The position numbers and the translations under genes were made by a program. This document shows, piece by piece, positions 1 to 63,240 of a stretch of 64,000 nucleotides of DNA (the first letter of the stretch is position 1; each line of letters starts with the position of its first letter). The DNA lies in NCBI RefSeq assembly GCF_009914755.1, contig NC_060925.1; one strand, given 5' to 3'. A model generated the notes under the pieces. That model had not been told where the DNA came from. It saw only the letters and a list, made by a program, of their open reading frames with translations, and ran no database searches. The DNA comes from the human T2T-CHM13v2.0 reference genome, Homo sapiens.

Positions 1-2820
1 CCTAAAAATGGTGTGGCCAAATCTCTCCAGTTTTGGAAATGCCCAAGGTTACCAAGTATTTTGAGGGCTCACTTTGGAGCCTCTGAAAAGGAGGGGTGAG
101 GGCCCATGGAAGGTACCTGAGGGATGCAGGGGAGAGAGGGGAAAGAGCAGACAGGAGGGAGGAGAGAAGGAAGGAAGGGGAGAAAGGGTGTGTGAGGGCC
201 AGGAGCCAGGATTCACCCTGACAGTTCAGTGACTGCTCCCTTCCAACAAGCTTCCCACTGTGGCACCTTCTAGCAGGTGGTTTCCATCTCTTATTGATGT
301 CCTAAGACCTTGGCTCTATGGAACGGTTCTGTTCTATTTGTCTGGCATGAGTCCTGGCAAAGTTTCTTTTTCACCATTTGGGGGATGAGATGGGGGTATA
401 TAGGTTTGCAAGTGACTAGGAGCTAAGTCAGGAACTTGTGGAGCCACTCAGAGTCAACTGTCAAGTAGCCTCCTTCTCCCATTCCCCTGCAGGACGATTG
501 CCTGCAAGACAGGGCCTGGAGAAGGCCAGGGCACCCAAGGCCACAGAAATGCCCAGGGATGAGTCCCGGCTGGAGATGCCTTGGCTGAACTCACTGTGTA
601 CTTCCAGGGCGCACAGGGCAGGTACTCTGGGGGTCTGGCCGGGAGACTGAGCAAGGGGACCAGGGAGGTTGTGTAGCAGGCTTCTGCACAGCAAGGCAGA
701 CATTCTTCTTGGAGCCCCCAACCCAAATCAGGTCTTCCACCTCCTCTTCCTAAAGACCCTTTACTGCAGTCATTCTTTTACTAGAACTGCAAGTTTATAG
801 AACATAGATTTCAGTGTGCTCATCTGGCCAACCATCTTCAGTGGCCAATGCCCAAGGTAACCTCCCTCCCTACCAAGACCTGAACTCAGAGCCTTACCTA
901 AGGAGAAGATGTCCTGTTCTTTCTTTCCCACCAGAACTGCCCTGGCCCAGACCCCATTTCTGTCTGGTGACCAGGACAGTCCCCTCACCAGTCTCCCAGG
1001 TTGGGGAGGGCAGATTCTCCTCAGCTCCCTGCCCCTGAGAGACCCCAACAGCCTTGCGTGGCTCCAGCCCACAGAGGGCTATCCATGGCCCATATCTCTC
1101 AAAACTCTCCCCTCCCACTCTGAATCCACCCTCTACTGCATGCTCCCCTCACAGAACAGACATGGGTTTTTTTTTGTGTCCTCGTTTTGCCTACCCATAC
1201 CCCAGATTGACTTTTCTGTCTCAGAACTACCTGTCCCTCTTTGGACAGTGTCTTCTTGGTACTACACATGAAGATGTCCTGCTCTCCCCTGCTCAAGGAG
1301 AGAGTGCCTGACCTGAGCTGGGCCCATCAGATCCAGTACTTACCCGGAATAGGAAAAAGATGGAGAGGGTGACCAAAGATTACAAAAATCTCTGAAGCTT
1401 ATCCACTTGAGAGAGAGTCCCTGAAGATACTGGCCTTTCATTTCCTGCTATGTATATCCAGTGTGACTGAACTCTGAATAACATATACAAGTTATAATAA
1501 TGTAGTAGTTGGCCCTCAAACTAGGACACAAACATGTTAGAGGGTAAGGTAGTGAGAGGCATGTTTGGGGGTGGTGGTGATGAGCAAGTATGTGAAGGAG
1601 AGATAGTGCCTACGCTTGAAAATCAAAAAGGAATAATATCTATTTAGACATAAGGAGATAAATAACTAAATACTTGCTTCTATGTGATGAAACTCTGGGA
1701 GTACACAAGGGGACTGCTGTTTTACTAAACAAATTTTCCAGTCTATATAACTTTGATAAGGTATCCAAATAAAAAAATTCCTTTCCCATATATGTATGTG
1801 TATATATATGTATTTGTATACACATATATGTTTGCATTTTTGTATTTTGAATATAAATTTTTATAGAGTCCTGTGAACCCCTCTTTTCAATTAGGATTTG
1901 AGTTTGATGTCATGCATGCAATGTGATCCCACTGTGTGACTACAGAAATGTTGGCAAAAGTAAGTTCAGAGGAAATGGTAGGCAAGTACTTCCCAGTTTT
2001 GGCCAGAAGATGGAGAAAAAAAGAATTCTCATAAAATATTAAAAGTATGACTTGTTACAGCTTCTTTTCATAGTAATTTGGATAGAAATTAGCAAAATCA
2101 GAAATGTATAAATACTTTGGTCTGACAATTCCATCTCCAGGTATCTACGGAGAAATAGACAAGTGATGCACGACAGATACATGTGTCAGTCTGGTCTCTG
2201 CAGTTGTATTTGTAATAATACACATTGGAACAATGTCATGGCCATCGGTTAGAGAATGTTTGAAGAATGACCCATTCATATCAGGAAGGACGTTTCAAAG
2301 ATCAAAGCCTGATGGAAATGCTGGAGGCCGTGACGCTGATAGGAGCTCATGCGTGTTGACCAATTGCTACGTGACAGGCATTGGCTCCACGCTTTTCCTG
2401 CACTGCTCGTTTAAACATTGGACAAATTAAGTGTTCTGATTTAGCCCATTAGACAGATAGAAATGGAAGCACAGAAAATTAATGGGTTTATCTTTAAACG
2501 CGAGCAGATTAGGTTTTTCACCCAGGGCCTGTGGCTTCACCATAGGTGTGATTCAGGTTCTGTTGTTCTCCACTTTAGGAATTCCCAGTATTCCAAATAT
2601 GAGAAGCTGAGAAAACAAACAAACTCAAAACTCTAAAAACCGGGATAAGTAAGGGTAGATGTTTGCTGGGTGTGGATTAATAATGAACTTTTTTTGCCTC
2701 AAGCAACAAAGAGGCACCTTGGAAAATAGACAAGAGACAAGAAGAGGAGAAGCTTGAAGATATATTTGGTCCAAGGAAGAGACTCTTCAGAGGGAAGATC
2801 ACATCAGCTAGAAACATTAA

Positions 2821-2892
2821 TGCGACTGGATGGGCTCAAACCACCGACTTTTCAGTCAACTTCCGACAGCACTAACCTAGTGTTCCAGAGAC
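2821..2892 (-). pseudogene. degenerate tRNA-Asn(GTT)-derived pseudogene
   Basis: Reverse complement aligns end to end with human tRNA-Asn (GTCTCTG...GGTTAG...GTTGAC...GGTGGTTTGAGCCCATCCAG), with many substitutions and a 2-nt deletion. Confidence 0.75.
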
Positions 2893-3408
2893 CCTGCTTG
2901 TTAAACAGTGAAAGCTGTTGCTCAATTGTGTCATCCATAATTGTCAAATATTGTCATTTAGTAGCACAAGGAAGTATTCTCTGTTGCCAAGCTAGAGTAC
3001 CCATAACTCTTCTGTTTTGTTGAACATTCTTCCCCACCACAAACCCTCTTTAGAAGACTGGTGGCTCCTAAAACATTGAGGCCAACAGACCTGTCCTTGT
3101 GCATGTTTGGGCATTGATCCAGGGCCAAATCAGTGGGAGACTCCTCCACGCACATGCCAGGTCCCCAGGTGACAACTGCAGTCTCTGGATCTGAGGTCAT
3201 CCACTTTCCCATTCCTAGCTCACCTCACCCATCATGAAGCCTGGTTAGTATTGCCAGAGACCCGAGTGGGCAGGTGCCCGCACTAAAGACAGAACCTGCT
3301 GTGTGCCCACTTTGCTGATCCCTCCATCTTTCTAGACAAGGCTTTGTGAGCCAAGGACTTTGGGTTTGCTCACAAGGCAGCCCCTCACCTAGTAGGCATT
3401 AGTTCATT

Positions 3409-3430
3409 ATGTATAGTATACGTATATGTG

Positions 3431-3523
<93 letters not shown>

Positions 3524-3560
3524 GTATGTGTATGTGTATGTGTATATGTATATGTATATG
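3409..3560. repeat. compound hexanucleotide microsatellite (TATGTA)n/(TATGTG)n
   Basis: direct reading. Confidence 0.97.
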
Positions 3561-3708
3561 TAGTCCTCAGGTTGTATTCCTTAAATATATATAATATATG
3601 TAATTCCTTAAATATATAATTTTAATACAAAATTTTTAAAAGATTCCTTTCATAAACATTTACAATAACACCAAGAAATATAAACTACATAGCAAAGATG
3701 TGAAAGCC

Positions 3709-4008
3709 AGCCAGGCGCAGCTTCAAATCCTAGCGCTTAGGAAGGCCGTGGCAGGAGGGTCGCTTGAGCTCAGAAGCTTGAAACTAGCTTAGGCAACATA
3801 GTGAGACCTCATCTCTACTGAAAATCAGAAAAATTATCCGGCTGTGGTGGTGTGAGCCTGTAGTCCCAGGTACTCAGTGGATGAGGCCCTAGGATGTCAT
3901 CGGCCTGAGAATTCCATGCTGCAGTGAGCTGTGTGATCTTGCCACTGTACTCCAGCCTGAGTGAAAGAGTGAGATCGTGTCTAGAAACAAAAGAAGAAAA
4001 AAAAAAAG
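3709..4008 (+). mobile_element. old Alu (AluJ-like)
   Basis: Dimeric Alu motifs, A-tail, TSD-like aaagatgtgaaagcc / aaaggtgtgaaagcc. Confidence 0.85.
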
Positions 4009-4149
4009 GTGTGAAAGCCTATATATTGAAGATTACCACGTATTACTGAGAGCAGTTAAAGACCTTTGGAATAGAGAACGTTCCTTCTTGCATTTCAAGA
4101 TTGCTTTTGTTTTGGGGGGACACTTGCTGTTTTTTAGGAACATGAAGTT

Positions 4150-5651
<1,502 letters not shown>

Positions 5652-5939
5652 GCTGCTTGATATTCTAAGATTTGATGCTGGAGCTTTGGTGTCAATGCTC
5701 AAAAGTGCCCAAAGACACCACTCAACCTCAGTGTCTATGCACACCCAAGCTTTTGCAACAGGAGAGGTAGAGACAGCAGAGATGAATGTGCTACAACATG
5801 CTGGTAGAAGGTACCCCAATTGTGCTTGGGGCTTCCTATGCCTCATAGAATAATGTGCCTTCCTTAATTTTTCCCATAAGAACCACCCTACTTCATGCCC
5901 TGTCTCTCTGTCCAAACACCAGGACAGCCCTCAGACCAG

Positions 5940-6320
5940 TCTCAACCACCCAATGGATTGACAAAGGTCCAAATATGATTCAGTGGAGAAGGCATTCTCT
6001 TGTCAACAAATTGTGTAGAAACAACTGGACATGCATATCCCCAAAGGAAAAAGATTCACCTGAACCTCAATACTGACTCAAAAACTAACTCAAAATGGAT
6101 TATGCAACTAAATATAAACTATAAAAGTAGAAAAAGTATAGCAGGAAATATAAGACAAAATCTTCACGATGCAGTTAGGCAAAGTGTTCTTTGTTATCAA
6201 GAAACACAAACCATTAAAGAAAACATTGATAAATTCAACTTTATAAAAAGTAAAAGTTTTTGCTCAACACGAGACAGTATTAAGAGAACAAATATAAGCT
6301 GCAGATTGGGAGAAAAACAG
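5940..6320 (+). mobile_element. old L1 ORF2 3' fragment
   Basis: gacaaaggtccaaa...aactcaaaatggatta...ctaaatataaac motifs. Confidence 0.7.
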
Positions 6321-6349
6321 GGGAAATGACAAATGTGACAAAGGACAAG

Positions 6350-6620
6350 TGTGATAGTTACTTGCACGTGTCACTGTGACTGAGCACCAGGGTGCCGGGA
6401 CATTCGGCCAAATGTGATTCTGGTTGTGTTCCAGAGAGTGTTTCACATATGATTAACATCGGGATGGGCAGACTAAGTGAAGCAGATTGCCCCCCTTAAC
6501 GGGGGTGGGACTCATGCAATCAATCAAAGGTCAGGAGAGAATTAAGAGGCCTAATGGGAAACAAATGCTTTCCTGGGTATCCAGCTTTCCTTCCATCTTG
6601 GGAATTTCAGCCTCCATAAT
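6350..6620. mobile_element. MLT2-like (ERVL) LTR fragment
   Basis: tgtgatagtta...gactaagtgaagcagattgccc...gtgggactcatgcaatcaatcaaagg resembles the MLT2 consensus. Confidence 0.6.
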
Positions 6621-8121
6621 CTCAGAAACAAATTTACATATGTATACACACACATATACATTTCATAGGTATGTGGCTAAGATTGTATTTTTAAAAGTTC
6701 AGCCATGAGATGATTGGTGAAGCCAGCCAATGAATAAGGGTGTGTTCTATTATATGACTCAGTCTTCTTTTGTACACGATTGAAGTTCTGCATTTGAAGT
6801 AGGAGGACAGGAGAGAGCAAGTCCACCTAGGATGATAACAGCTGAATTTCTCAACAGACACTTCAAAGCCCTAGGCGTTAACTTAGAGAGTCAAAAATCC
6901 CACCCATAACCCTGCCCCTAAACGCCAGGGCTAGGGAACACTGTGGCCCTCAGGTGATTTTGTTTCACTTGGTCTGGGAGCCACACAAGGGCAGAGGGAG
7001 CAGGAAACACTAAGCAAATCGAGGCCAGGACAGCAGGGAGGGCCTGTTCATGACAGAACACAGGTAAAACTATCCTCAGAAAGAGCATGTGGAGAAACAC
7101 AGATCATGCCTGAGACCTGGTGGATTAGAGCACTGGCTACTGGGGAATTGAAAGGAAGGGGCTTCACCATGCAGAGGACCAGAGGTGCCAGTCTTGGAAA
7201 CGCAGAATTGCTGGGAGATGGGGAGGCATGGACAAAGGAAGCATCCTCTGGAGACTCATGGTGAAGAGAACAAATGAAGTAACTGGCAGAAATTATAGGT
7301 CCTGGTAGAACAAAATAGAATCCCACAATGAGAACATACAGCATGTATGTCCCGCAAGGAAGACAATAGCTCCTAAAAATGCAAGAAAAATCATTTTGGG
7401 CAAACACCTTATATCCAGTAATGCGATCCATGTATCAAGACCACGAGGAAGATTATTAAACATGCTAAACTCAGCGAGACCTGATTCCCTCATGAGGACT
7501 CTGTTAAGGATGAGTACCACTCAGCAAGTGATGACTGTGACATTCACTTTTGAACAGCTCATGAGCATTAATATATTTAATTGTGGATCTAAACCAAAAA
7601 CCAAGGGGTGGGCAAGATGACAACCACAGAATGTCACTGGCATATGTTTAGGTTCAAATACCATTATGAGAAGTGGCAGGTAAAGGAGGTAGGAAAAAGA
7701 AAACACATCATGTAACTGACTGTCATATGGAAATATTTGACGCTGAAAGTCATAATTTAAAATGTATAAACCAAATATTAGAAGTGTGTCTAGTTCAAAG
7801 GGGGGAAAACTATGAAACATTTTTAATCAATATCAAACATGAGCTACACAACCCTTCCTAAATGCCAGAGGCACACACAGACACACACACACACACACTC
7901 ACAAAGAATATAAATATCTAGAACCAAGAAATGGAGTAAATGCATTCTGCTACATATGGTAAACATAGCCTACAAGGTGGAAGAGATTAGAAAATAAACA
8001 GGGAAATGGAAATGTTTTTATTAATTCACATCAGTACCCACCAAAACCAATCAGCATAACAAAAGATTATAACACTGAATGTAAAAAACAATCCAACAGT
8101 CCAGAGTGATAGGCAAAAGCT

Positions 8122-8127
8122 TTTAAT
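8122..8127 (-). terminator. candidate polyadenylation signal ATTAAA (alternative AATAAA at 8017-8022); 3' UTR about 8100-9622
   Basis: ATTAAA on the minus strand followed about 25-45 nt later by a GT-rich element (actgttggattgtttttt). Confidence 0.6.
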
Positions 8128-9622
8128 TGTATAGATTAAAATAACTTTGGACAAAAATTAAAACTCAGGCAGAGAATGTTTTTTTTTTCAACAACACACA
8201 CTAGCAAAAACAAAGGCACAGTAAACATTGAGGCAGAAAGTTTCCAGCGTAGAGATATGAATATAATAATAGACACAGGCAGGGATGATTAATAAATGAT
8301 AAAATGTTTACAGGATGATCATCGGAATACAGGACATTTCTAATTTTGAAAACCACCCTCCCAAATACTTCATTATAAGTAAGGTGTCTCTAAAAGGGAC
8401 AGATCTCCTAGACCCCTCCTTAACCAAGTAACCAGTCCTGATATCATGATAATGCTGATGGACAAACTAGACCTTCTCTGCCCGCAGATGGGCTAAGGTT
8501 GGAAACTCACAGCATTGTCTCTGCAGTGTTCCCGGCAAAACGTTTAGGCTGAATTTAATCATGAAGACATTTTCAGACAACTTCAGAATGTAGATCATTG
8601 AGCCAGACAGCTGACCTGTCCTCTATAAACAAGTCCATGTCACCACCATCAATGACAACAACAAAAAGATGAGGAAATATTTGGGGTTCAAAATAACTAA
8701 AGAAATGCAGCTACATTATCTTTTTACTTTTTTTGAACCCAAAATATCTCTTCTCCTTTTTGTTGTGTGATTTGTGGTGATATGGACTATGTGAAGGAGA
8801 CAGGTCAGTTGTCCTGCTCAGTGTTCTACATTCTGCAGTTGTCTGGTGATTACCTCCTATGAAACTCAGGCTAAGCGTTTTCTGCAAGAACATGGCGTTG
8901 TTCATATTCTGCACCGGCAGAGTCCTGGGTGACATGCTGTCTCCTGCCAGCGGCTCCTGACTCCTGTTCTCTACAGGATGGAATCGAGAGGAGCAGGGCT
9001 AAGGCCTCCCAATGCTGTTTGTCCATCTAGCTGTGGTCTTCCTAAGTACTGACACCAATTGGAGGCTGAAGGACTGTGGCTTCTCTAACCAAAGGAGCCT
9101 AGCGGGTTAACAATTGTCAAGAGCAGTTGGTGGTTCTGAAATACAATCCTCAGCCAAGGATCCCTCCTGTGTTAAAGATGGATCAGCTAAAACAATTCAA
9201 CACTGAAGATACAAAGAATGAGGTTAGGTTCATTGAAACCAGGGTAACACCTTTGGATGAGCTAAACACAAAGATGACACTGACCTTGAGCAGGTATAGA
9301 AGCTCAGAGACATGCCTGCAAAATGAAATCCCTGAGGAACTTTGTAGCTACCCAGAGATACGTGGTTCAAATTAAAATGTCTGACTGATCACTCCCGGCA
9401 TGTGCTGCACAGTTATGTGAACGTGTCACACCTAACTTGGGTCCATTGTCTTCAGACTGAGCACAGGTTGCCACTGGCATGGTCTGAGAATAGGAATAGA
9501 GCCATGCCCACTGACCCATCCTATGTCTGGGCTTCCAAATGGAACTATAGTTTCATTCAAATCTTCACGTGCCTATAGGTCCTGCCTGCAGGAATGACAT
9601 CTCTCAGCTTAGTAAGGGCTGC

Positions 9623-58082
<48,460 letters not shown>

Positions 58083-58219
58083 GCTGACGTTTGTGGCAGA
58101 AGAGGTGGAGCCAGGGACTGGGGAGAAGAAACCCAAACATATGATGGGTTAAAAACTGGTGAAATCAAATAGGTTTCATCAGGACTGAGGGATGTCAGTA
58201 ACTGAAATTCTTAACTTAC

Positions 58220-58374
58220 TGTTGTGAAAAATGTGATCACTCCCCACAGCACTTTAGGATCCTTCACCACAAAAACAAGGTTTGAGGTGCCTGAACTCAC
58301 AGCTGAAAGCACTGCCAGTAGCTCAGACTCTGATAAGAGTGAGGTAGACTGTGGCCAGCGTGCCAGGTAACCGT
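58220..58374 (-). other. NBPF1: 5' UTR exon
   Basis: ttattgcaactgcag acceptor, A|gtaagt donor, 102-nt intron to the ATG exon. Confidence 0.65.
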
Positions 58375-60619
58375 CTGCAGTTGCAATAACAGAATTAGAA
58401 GGTGGGGGTGTCATGGAATCTTAGGAGCCCTGCATTCCAATTGCCCAGGCTTTGCTGAAACACAGGCACCCTAGTCTCACCTGAGGGTCACCACCAATGG
58501 GGATCATTCCTTCAGCATTCACTCTCAGTATTCGTGTACCCTTGTGATGATGCCACAGACCCGTGTCTTTCCCAATACATCTAAGCATATTCCTCACTGT
58601 TTATCTCTTGTCTGTACAACATCATCAAGGCAGAAACAGTTTCCCAACAGGTTGTATTTTCTTAATGGTAGTCATGAAGTCACCCCACCTGCTCTCAGTT
58701 AAAACAGAGCTTAAGGCTTTTCCACAGGTGTAAGATATCAAACTTTTAGCCTGCCCTGATTTCCTCTGGGTCTTCTGCAGTTTTGTCTGTATCCACTAGA
58801 AAGTGAATGAATAATTCACTTGTAAAAAATGTTGTCTTTCCTGTCTCAGTATTCTTCTTGCTGTTTCCCATTGTTATGTTGATTTCTTTTTTCTCACTGG
58901 GCCACCATCTTTGCTTTTCATTACACTCTAGACCAGTTTGACATCCCTATGTCCAGAGCTCTTCCTCTATGTGGGTTGATTTGGTTTTTGATGTCACTGA
59001 GCGCTACATTTTATACTTTTCAAGGTATCAAGTGATCAAAATCATTTATATAGAGATCTCCTGAAAACATGTGTGACCATCTATCTTGGGAAGTTTCATA
59101 AACCTGATGCTATTTTGTTGTTTCCATTTTGTTTTCCCATATACTGAAAAGAACAGGGCCATGAGTGGTTCTTATGCAATATGGTTTGATATATATTTTG
59201 TTCAGATGACCTAACACCATTGATTTTGGGTTGCATTCCACTAACAGAACATGGCAAGATCAAGGTTATGGTCACGGTTGGTTGGTGATCCTCAGTGTTG
59301 CAGTAGAAGGTGAGTTTGAGATGAGAGGAATGAGTAGGAAAGAGTGATCCCCTGAACCACCTCCTCGCTTTCTCAGCTTTCATCCCCACCTAGGTTTTGT
59401 GAGCCTGGAACTTGGGAGACTGTTCTGTAGCCCAGGTCTCCTAAGATTGGCTGCTGGACTTGCCTGAGTTGAGGGTGCGGTGGGTTGACCCTGGGCTGCC
59501 CAGCATTCATGTGGTAGTGAAGGAAGGAGCACTGGATCAATCCCATTTCAAAGCATGTCTCTCTGCACTCCACACTGTCCTCCAATGACACTGTAAGGAA
59601 ACCGCTTTAAGACGTATCAACGGCTTTAAGTAAATGTATTTTCTGGCATCTGGGAGACCTGACATTCTGTGTCATAATGAAAATCTGTCATGTTTCTTTA
59701 TTTTAAAAATGATAAAACTGCAGGTTCACAGAGTTACATGGCTTACTTGAGGTCACACGGGGATGAGTTTTCAGCACTGCCAATAAAAGCAATCACATGA
59801 ATTATTCAGTAATTATTCATAGGATCCATATAATTCAGTAAATATTCACATAATTATTTACTAGTTGTTCATTGACCAATTCGTACAAGGCATTTTGCTC
59901 AAAACTGAGCTTATATTTGGACATTGTATCTTCATCATAATCCTGTGGTAATGCTATTATCCGTAAGTAACAGGTAAGAAACCTGAAGAGGAGGGATAAC
60001 AAATCATGTATTTGGACATATTTCCATTTTTTTTTTTTTTTGGTTTTTGTGATGCTGGAAGAATGACCAGAATGAGTCATAGGAAGAGTATACATTCCTG
60101 TAGTATTTTGCAGGACAGAGGTGTGACCTCCTAGAGTACTGGGACCAAAATTCCCAAGTGTCTGCAACCTTGCTTTAACAGTATGGGAGATCACCTCTAT
60201 CACCTGGAATTCCCCTGGAACTCTGGAATATACAAGAGAAGTATGAGACTTGGGTCTTCCCTTGGCTGTGTTTAATTCACTCTTCTATGGAATACCAATG
60301 ATTCTCACTAAGACTTTGGCCTTTTCATAAGCACAATGTGCATTTTATGGAGAAGATTTTACACTTTGCTCTATTTAGAAAGAATAAATATGAGCAGTGG
60401 TTTAGGTTTTATGCCCTGGACTTAATATGTTTCTGATTCCTGTTTTGAGATTAAATTCTCATGTAAATAGAAAAATACTTATTATTTCTCATAAGGCCAA
60501 GTTTGTTATTAGTTTGAGTTTTTGAAGATGAAGCACAAACTTTTGATTTTATCTTTGTCTGTCTCTGTCAGCGCCACTCGTTGTCTCTCAGTATGACCTG
60601 GACTTGCCCCTGCACTTAC

Positions 60620-60689
60620 CCTTGTCCTGCTGAACCATCTCCATGCACTGTCCAATTCCATCAGTGATTCGGGCTCCTTCCAAGGCTCC
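60620..60689 (-). other. candidate 5' UTR exon (70 nt, contains upstream ATGs)
   Basis: cccttttcag acceptor, G|gtaagt donor. Confidence 0.55.
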
Positions 60690-60958
60690 CTGAAAAGGGC
60701 ACAGAGATCAGGACATTAGGCACATTCCGGACACAAAGGCAACCCATACTGTAGAGTGGGCAGCTGTGTTTCCACTTCCCTAATATTCCAGTGATGTCCT
60801 CAAACTGAAAGGAACACTTTCCCTTTTTAGGGGTCTGTTCTTCATGTCTCAGTGCCTCTGATCTAGTCAACACAACTGTCCTGAATGTGAAAGAACTTGC
60901 TAAATTTCTAGTTTCTTGTTAGGTGGCTAAAATAGATTTATAAGACTTCCTTACTTAC

Positions 60959-61041
60959 CCATGACTGCTGAAGTTTGAATTCTTAGCAGTACGATTCGTT
61001 TTCTTGTAAGGTGAGCAGCTTAGGAAAGATTGGCCATCTTC
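60959..61041 (-). other. candidate 5' UTR exon
   Basis: ctctttttgcacag acceptor, G|gtaagt donor; 5' boundary uncertain. Confidence 0.4.
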
Positions 61042-61494
61042 CTGTGCAAAAAGAGGCAAACTTAATTTCTACTCAAAGCATGCTTGAATTTGGAATCAGG
61101 GCTTCCACTCTTCCGAAGTTGGAGTGTCACTGCGACAGGCATGTGTCCCGAAGGGCTCGTGTCTCTGCTATACTCAAAGTTTAAATGGAGCCCAGCAAGC
61201 CAGATGTCCTTTACTTCTAGGTTCCCTCAACAGTTTCTCCTCCGCTTTAGAGACCGCATTGAAAATATTCTTGTTCTGCTGTTGTGTTTTGGCTTTGGAA
61301 TGATGTGATGCAGCTCAATGGGTCCCACCCCCAAGTTGATCAAAGTAAGAAACAGCTGGGAAAGTCAGTGCAAATACAAGTTCATTGTCCTCCTTGCAGG
61401 GATTCTGATTCAGAGGGCTCAGGTGGGGCCTGGAATGTGTTTGTTAACATGACTCAGATGTGCAGTCAATTTGGGGACTCACTGACAGCATTGA

Positions 61495-61625
61495 CCTTAC
61501 AGTTTATGGGATGATTCTTTCTGTTTTGCTGATGAAGAAACTGAGGCACACAGAGTCTGTAACTTGCCCAAGTTCCCCTTGTTGTAAGTCCTGGAGCCAG
61601 ATCTCAGGTGGACCAGTGCTTCTCT
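61495..61625 (+). mobile_element. MIR fragment (similar fragments near 44100-44290, 50390-50580, 56730-56930, 63890-64000)
   Basis: gatgaagaaactgaggcac...aacttgcccaag core. Confidence 0.65.
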
Positions 61626-61747
61626 CCCCTATACCTCATTTCTGAGAAAAAGGAAATCTTCTGGAATTTGACTTCTTTCATCTAACACATTTCCTCACAA
61701 CATGCAGCCAGCATCATATTTTGGCCACTTACTATTAAAGTGAGATG

Positions 61748-62047
61748 CTTTTTTTTTTTTTTTTTTTTGAGACAGGGTCTTATTCTGTCACCCAGGGTGG
61801 AGTGCACTGGTGATTATAGATCACGGCAATCTTGAACTTCTGGGCTCAAGCGATCCTCCTGCCTCAGCTTTCCAAGTAGTTGGAACTCTAGGCACACATC
61901 ACCATTTCTGGCTAATTTTATATTTTTCATAGAGACAAGGTCTTGCTATGTTGCTCAGGCTGGTTTTGAACTTCTGGCCTCAAGCGATCCTCCCACCTAG
62001 GCCTCCAAAAGTGCTGGGATTACAGAAGTTAGCCACTGAACCTGGCC
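61748..62047 (-). mobile_element. AluJ-like
   Basis: poly(T), gagacagggtct...ctcaagcgatcctcc; TSD-like tgagatgctttt / tgaaatgctttt. Confidence 0.9.
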
Positions 62048-62129
62048 CTGAAATGCTTTTACTTTCTTTCTTTTTTTTTAAATGAAAATACTGGACATGG
62101 AGATGTGGAAAGACACCTTGCTTTATTAC

Positions 62130-63240
62130 TTTTGTTGTTATTATTATTTCTACAGTAGAATTTATACATCACAAAATTCACCATTTTTAAGCATACATTT
62201 CAGTGTCTTTTACCATATTCCAAAACTTTCGCAACCATCGCCACTACCTAATTCCAGAATATTTTCATAATGCCAAAAAGCATGCCTGTACCTGTGGGCA
62301 GACACTCTCCAATTCCCCCCTTCTTGCGCTCTCTGACAACCACTAATCTACCTTCTCTATATATTGATGTACTTGTTCTGGGCACTTCCTCTATATGGAA
62401 TAACAAAGTGTGGTATTTTCTATCTGCTTCTTAGAATATTGTTCTCAAGTTTCATCCTTTCTAGCCTGCGTCAGTACTTCAACTTTTTATGGCCAGATAA
62501 TATTCCACTATATGGTTATACCACATTTTGTTTATTCATCAACTCATGGTGGTTTAAGATGTTTCCACTTTTTAACTATTAGGAATAATGCTGCTGTGAA
62601 CAGCTTTGTACAGGTTTTTGAGTGAACAACTGTTTTTCATTTTCTTGGTTATAAACCTAGGAGTGCAATTGCTGCATCATATGTCACTTTATGTTTCACT
62701 TTTTGAGGAACTCACACACTGTTTACTAACTTCAGTAGCTACATCATTTTAGATTCCCAATAGTAATATATGAGAATTCCATATTCTCCATCACTTTTGA
62801 AACATGTGTTGTCTTTATTTTTTTCTTAAGTCATACTGCTGGGTGTGAAGTGGTATCTCATTTTGGTTTAAATTTACATTTTCCTAATGACGAAAAACAT
62901 TGAACATCTTTGCATGTGCTTCTTGGCCATTTGTGTGTTTCCTTTAGAGAAACCTCTACTCACAGCTTTTTTTCCCCATTGTTAAATGTGGTTGTCGTTT
63001 ATTGCTCAGTTATATGAATTCCTTATATACTCTAGGTACTAGACCTGTGTCAAACATACAATTTGGAAATAGTTCTCCCATTATGTGGATTATCTTTTCA
63101 CTTCCTTGACAGTGTCCTTTGAAGCATACAAGTTTTTTATTTTAATGAAGTCCATTTATCTATTTTTCGGTTGTTTGTGCCTACTTAAAAAATGTCTAAT
63201 CCAAAATCACAAAGATTTGTACCTAGGTTTCCTTCAAGAC
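62130..63240 (-). mobile_element. old L1M 3' region
   Basis: AT-rich L1 3' motifs (ataatgctgctgtgaaca, gtggtatctcatttt, ttgaacatcttt). Confidence 0.75.

Noticed and set aside
1-730. Exon-like segments (minus strand RLQSEPSKY...GISKTG at about 25-83; plus strand about 493-621) faintly recalling PDE4DIP
   Set aside because: Similarity is too weak to support by eye; would need tblastx against PDE4DIP and its pseudogenes.
1337-1350. tacttacc motif resembling the U1 snRNA 5' end
   Set aside because: No U1 homology beyond about 8 nt; simply a reverse-complement splice-donor-like word.
3409-3619. Poly-CI/VY ORFs
   Set aside because: Translation of a microsatellite.
58211-58414. Open frame across the UTR exon as a possible N-terminal extension
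   Set aside because: It ends in phase 0 and would splice out of frame with the main ATG.
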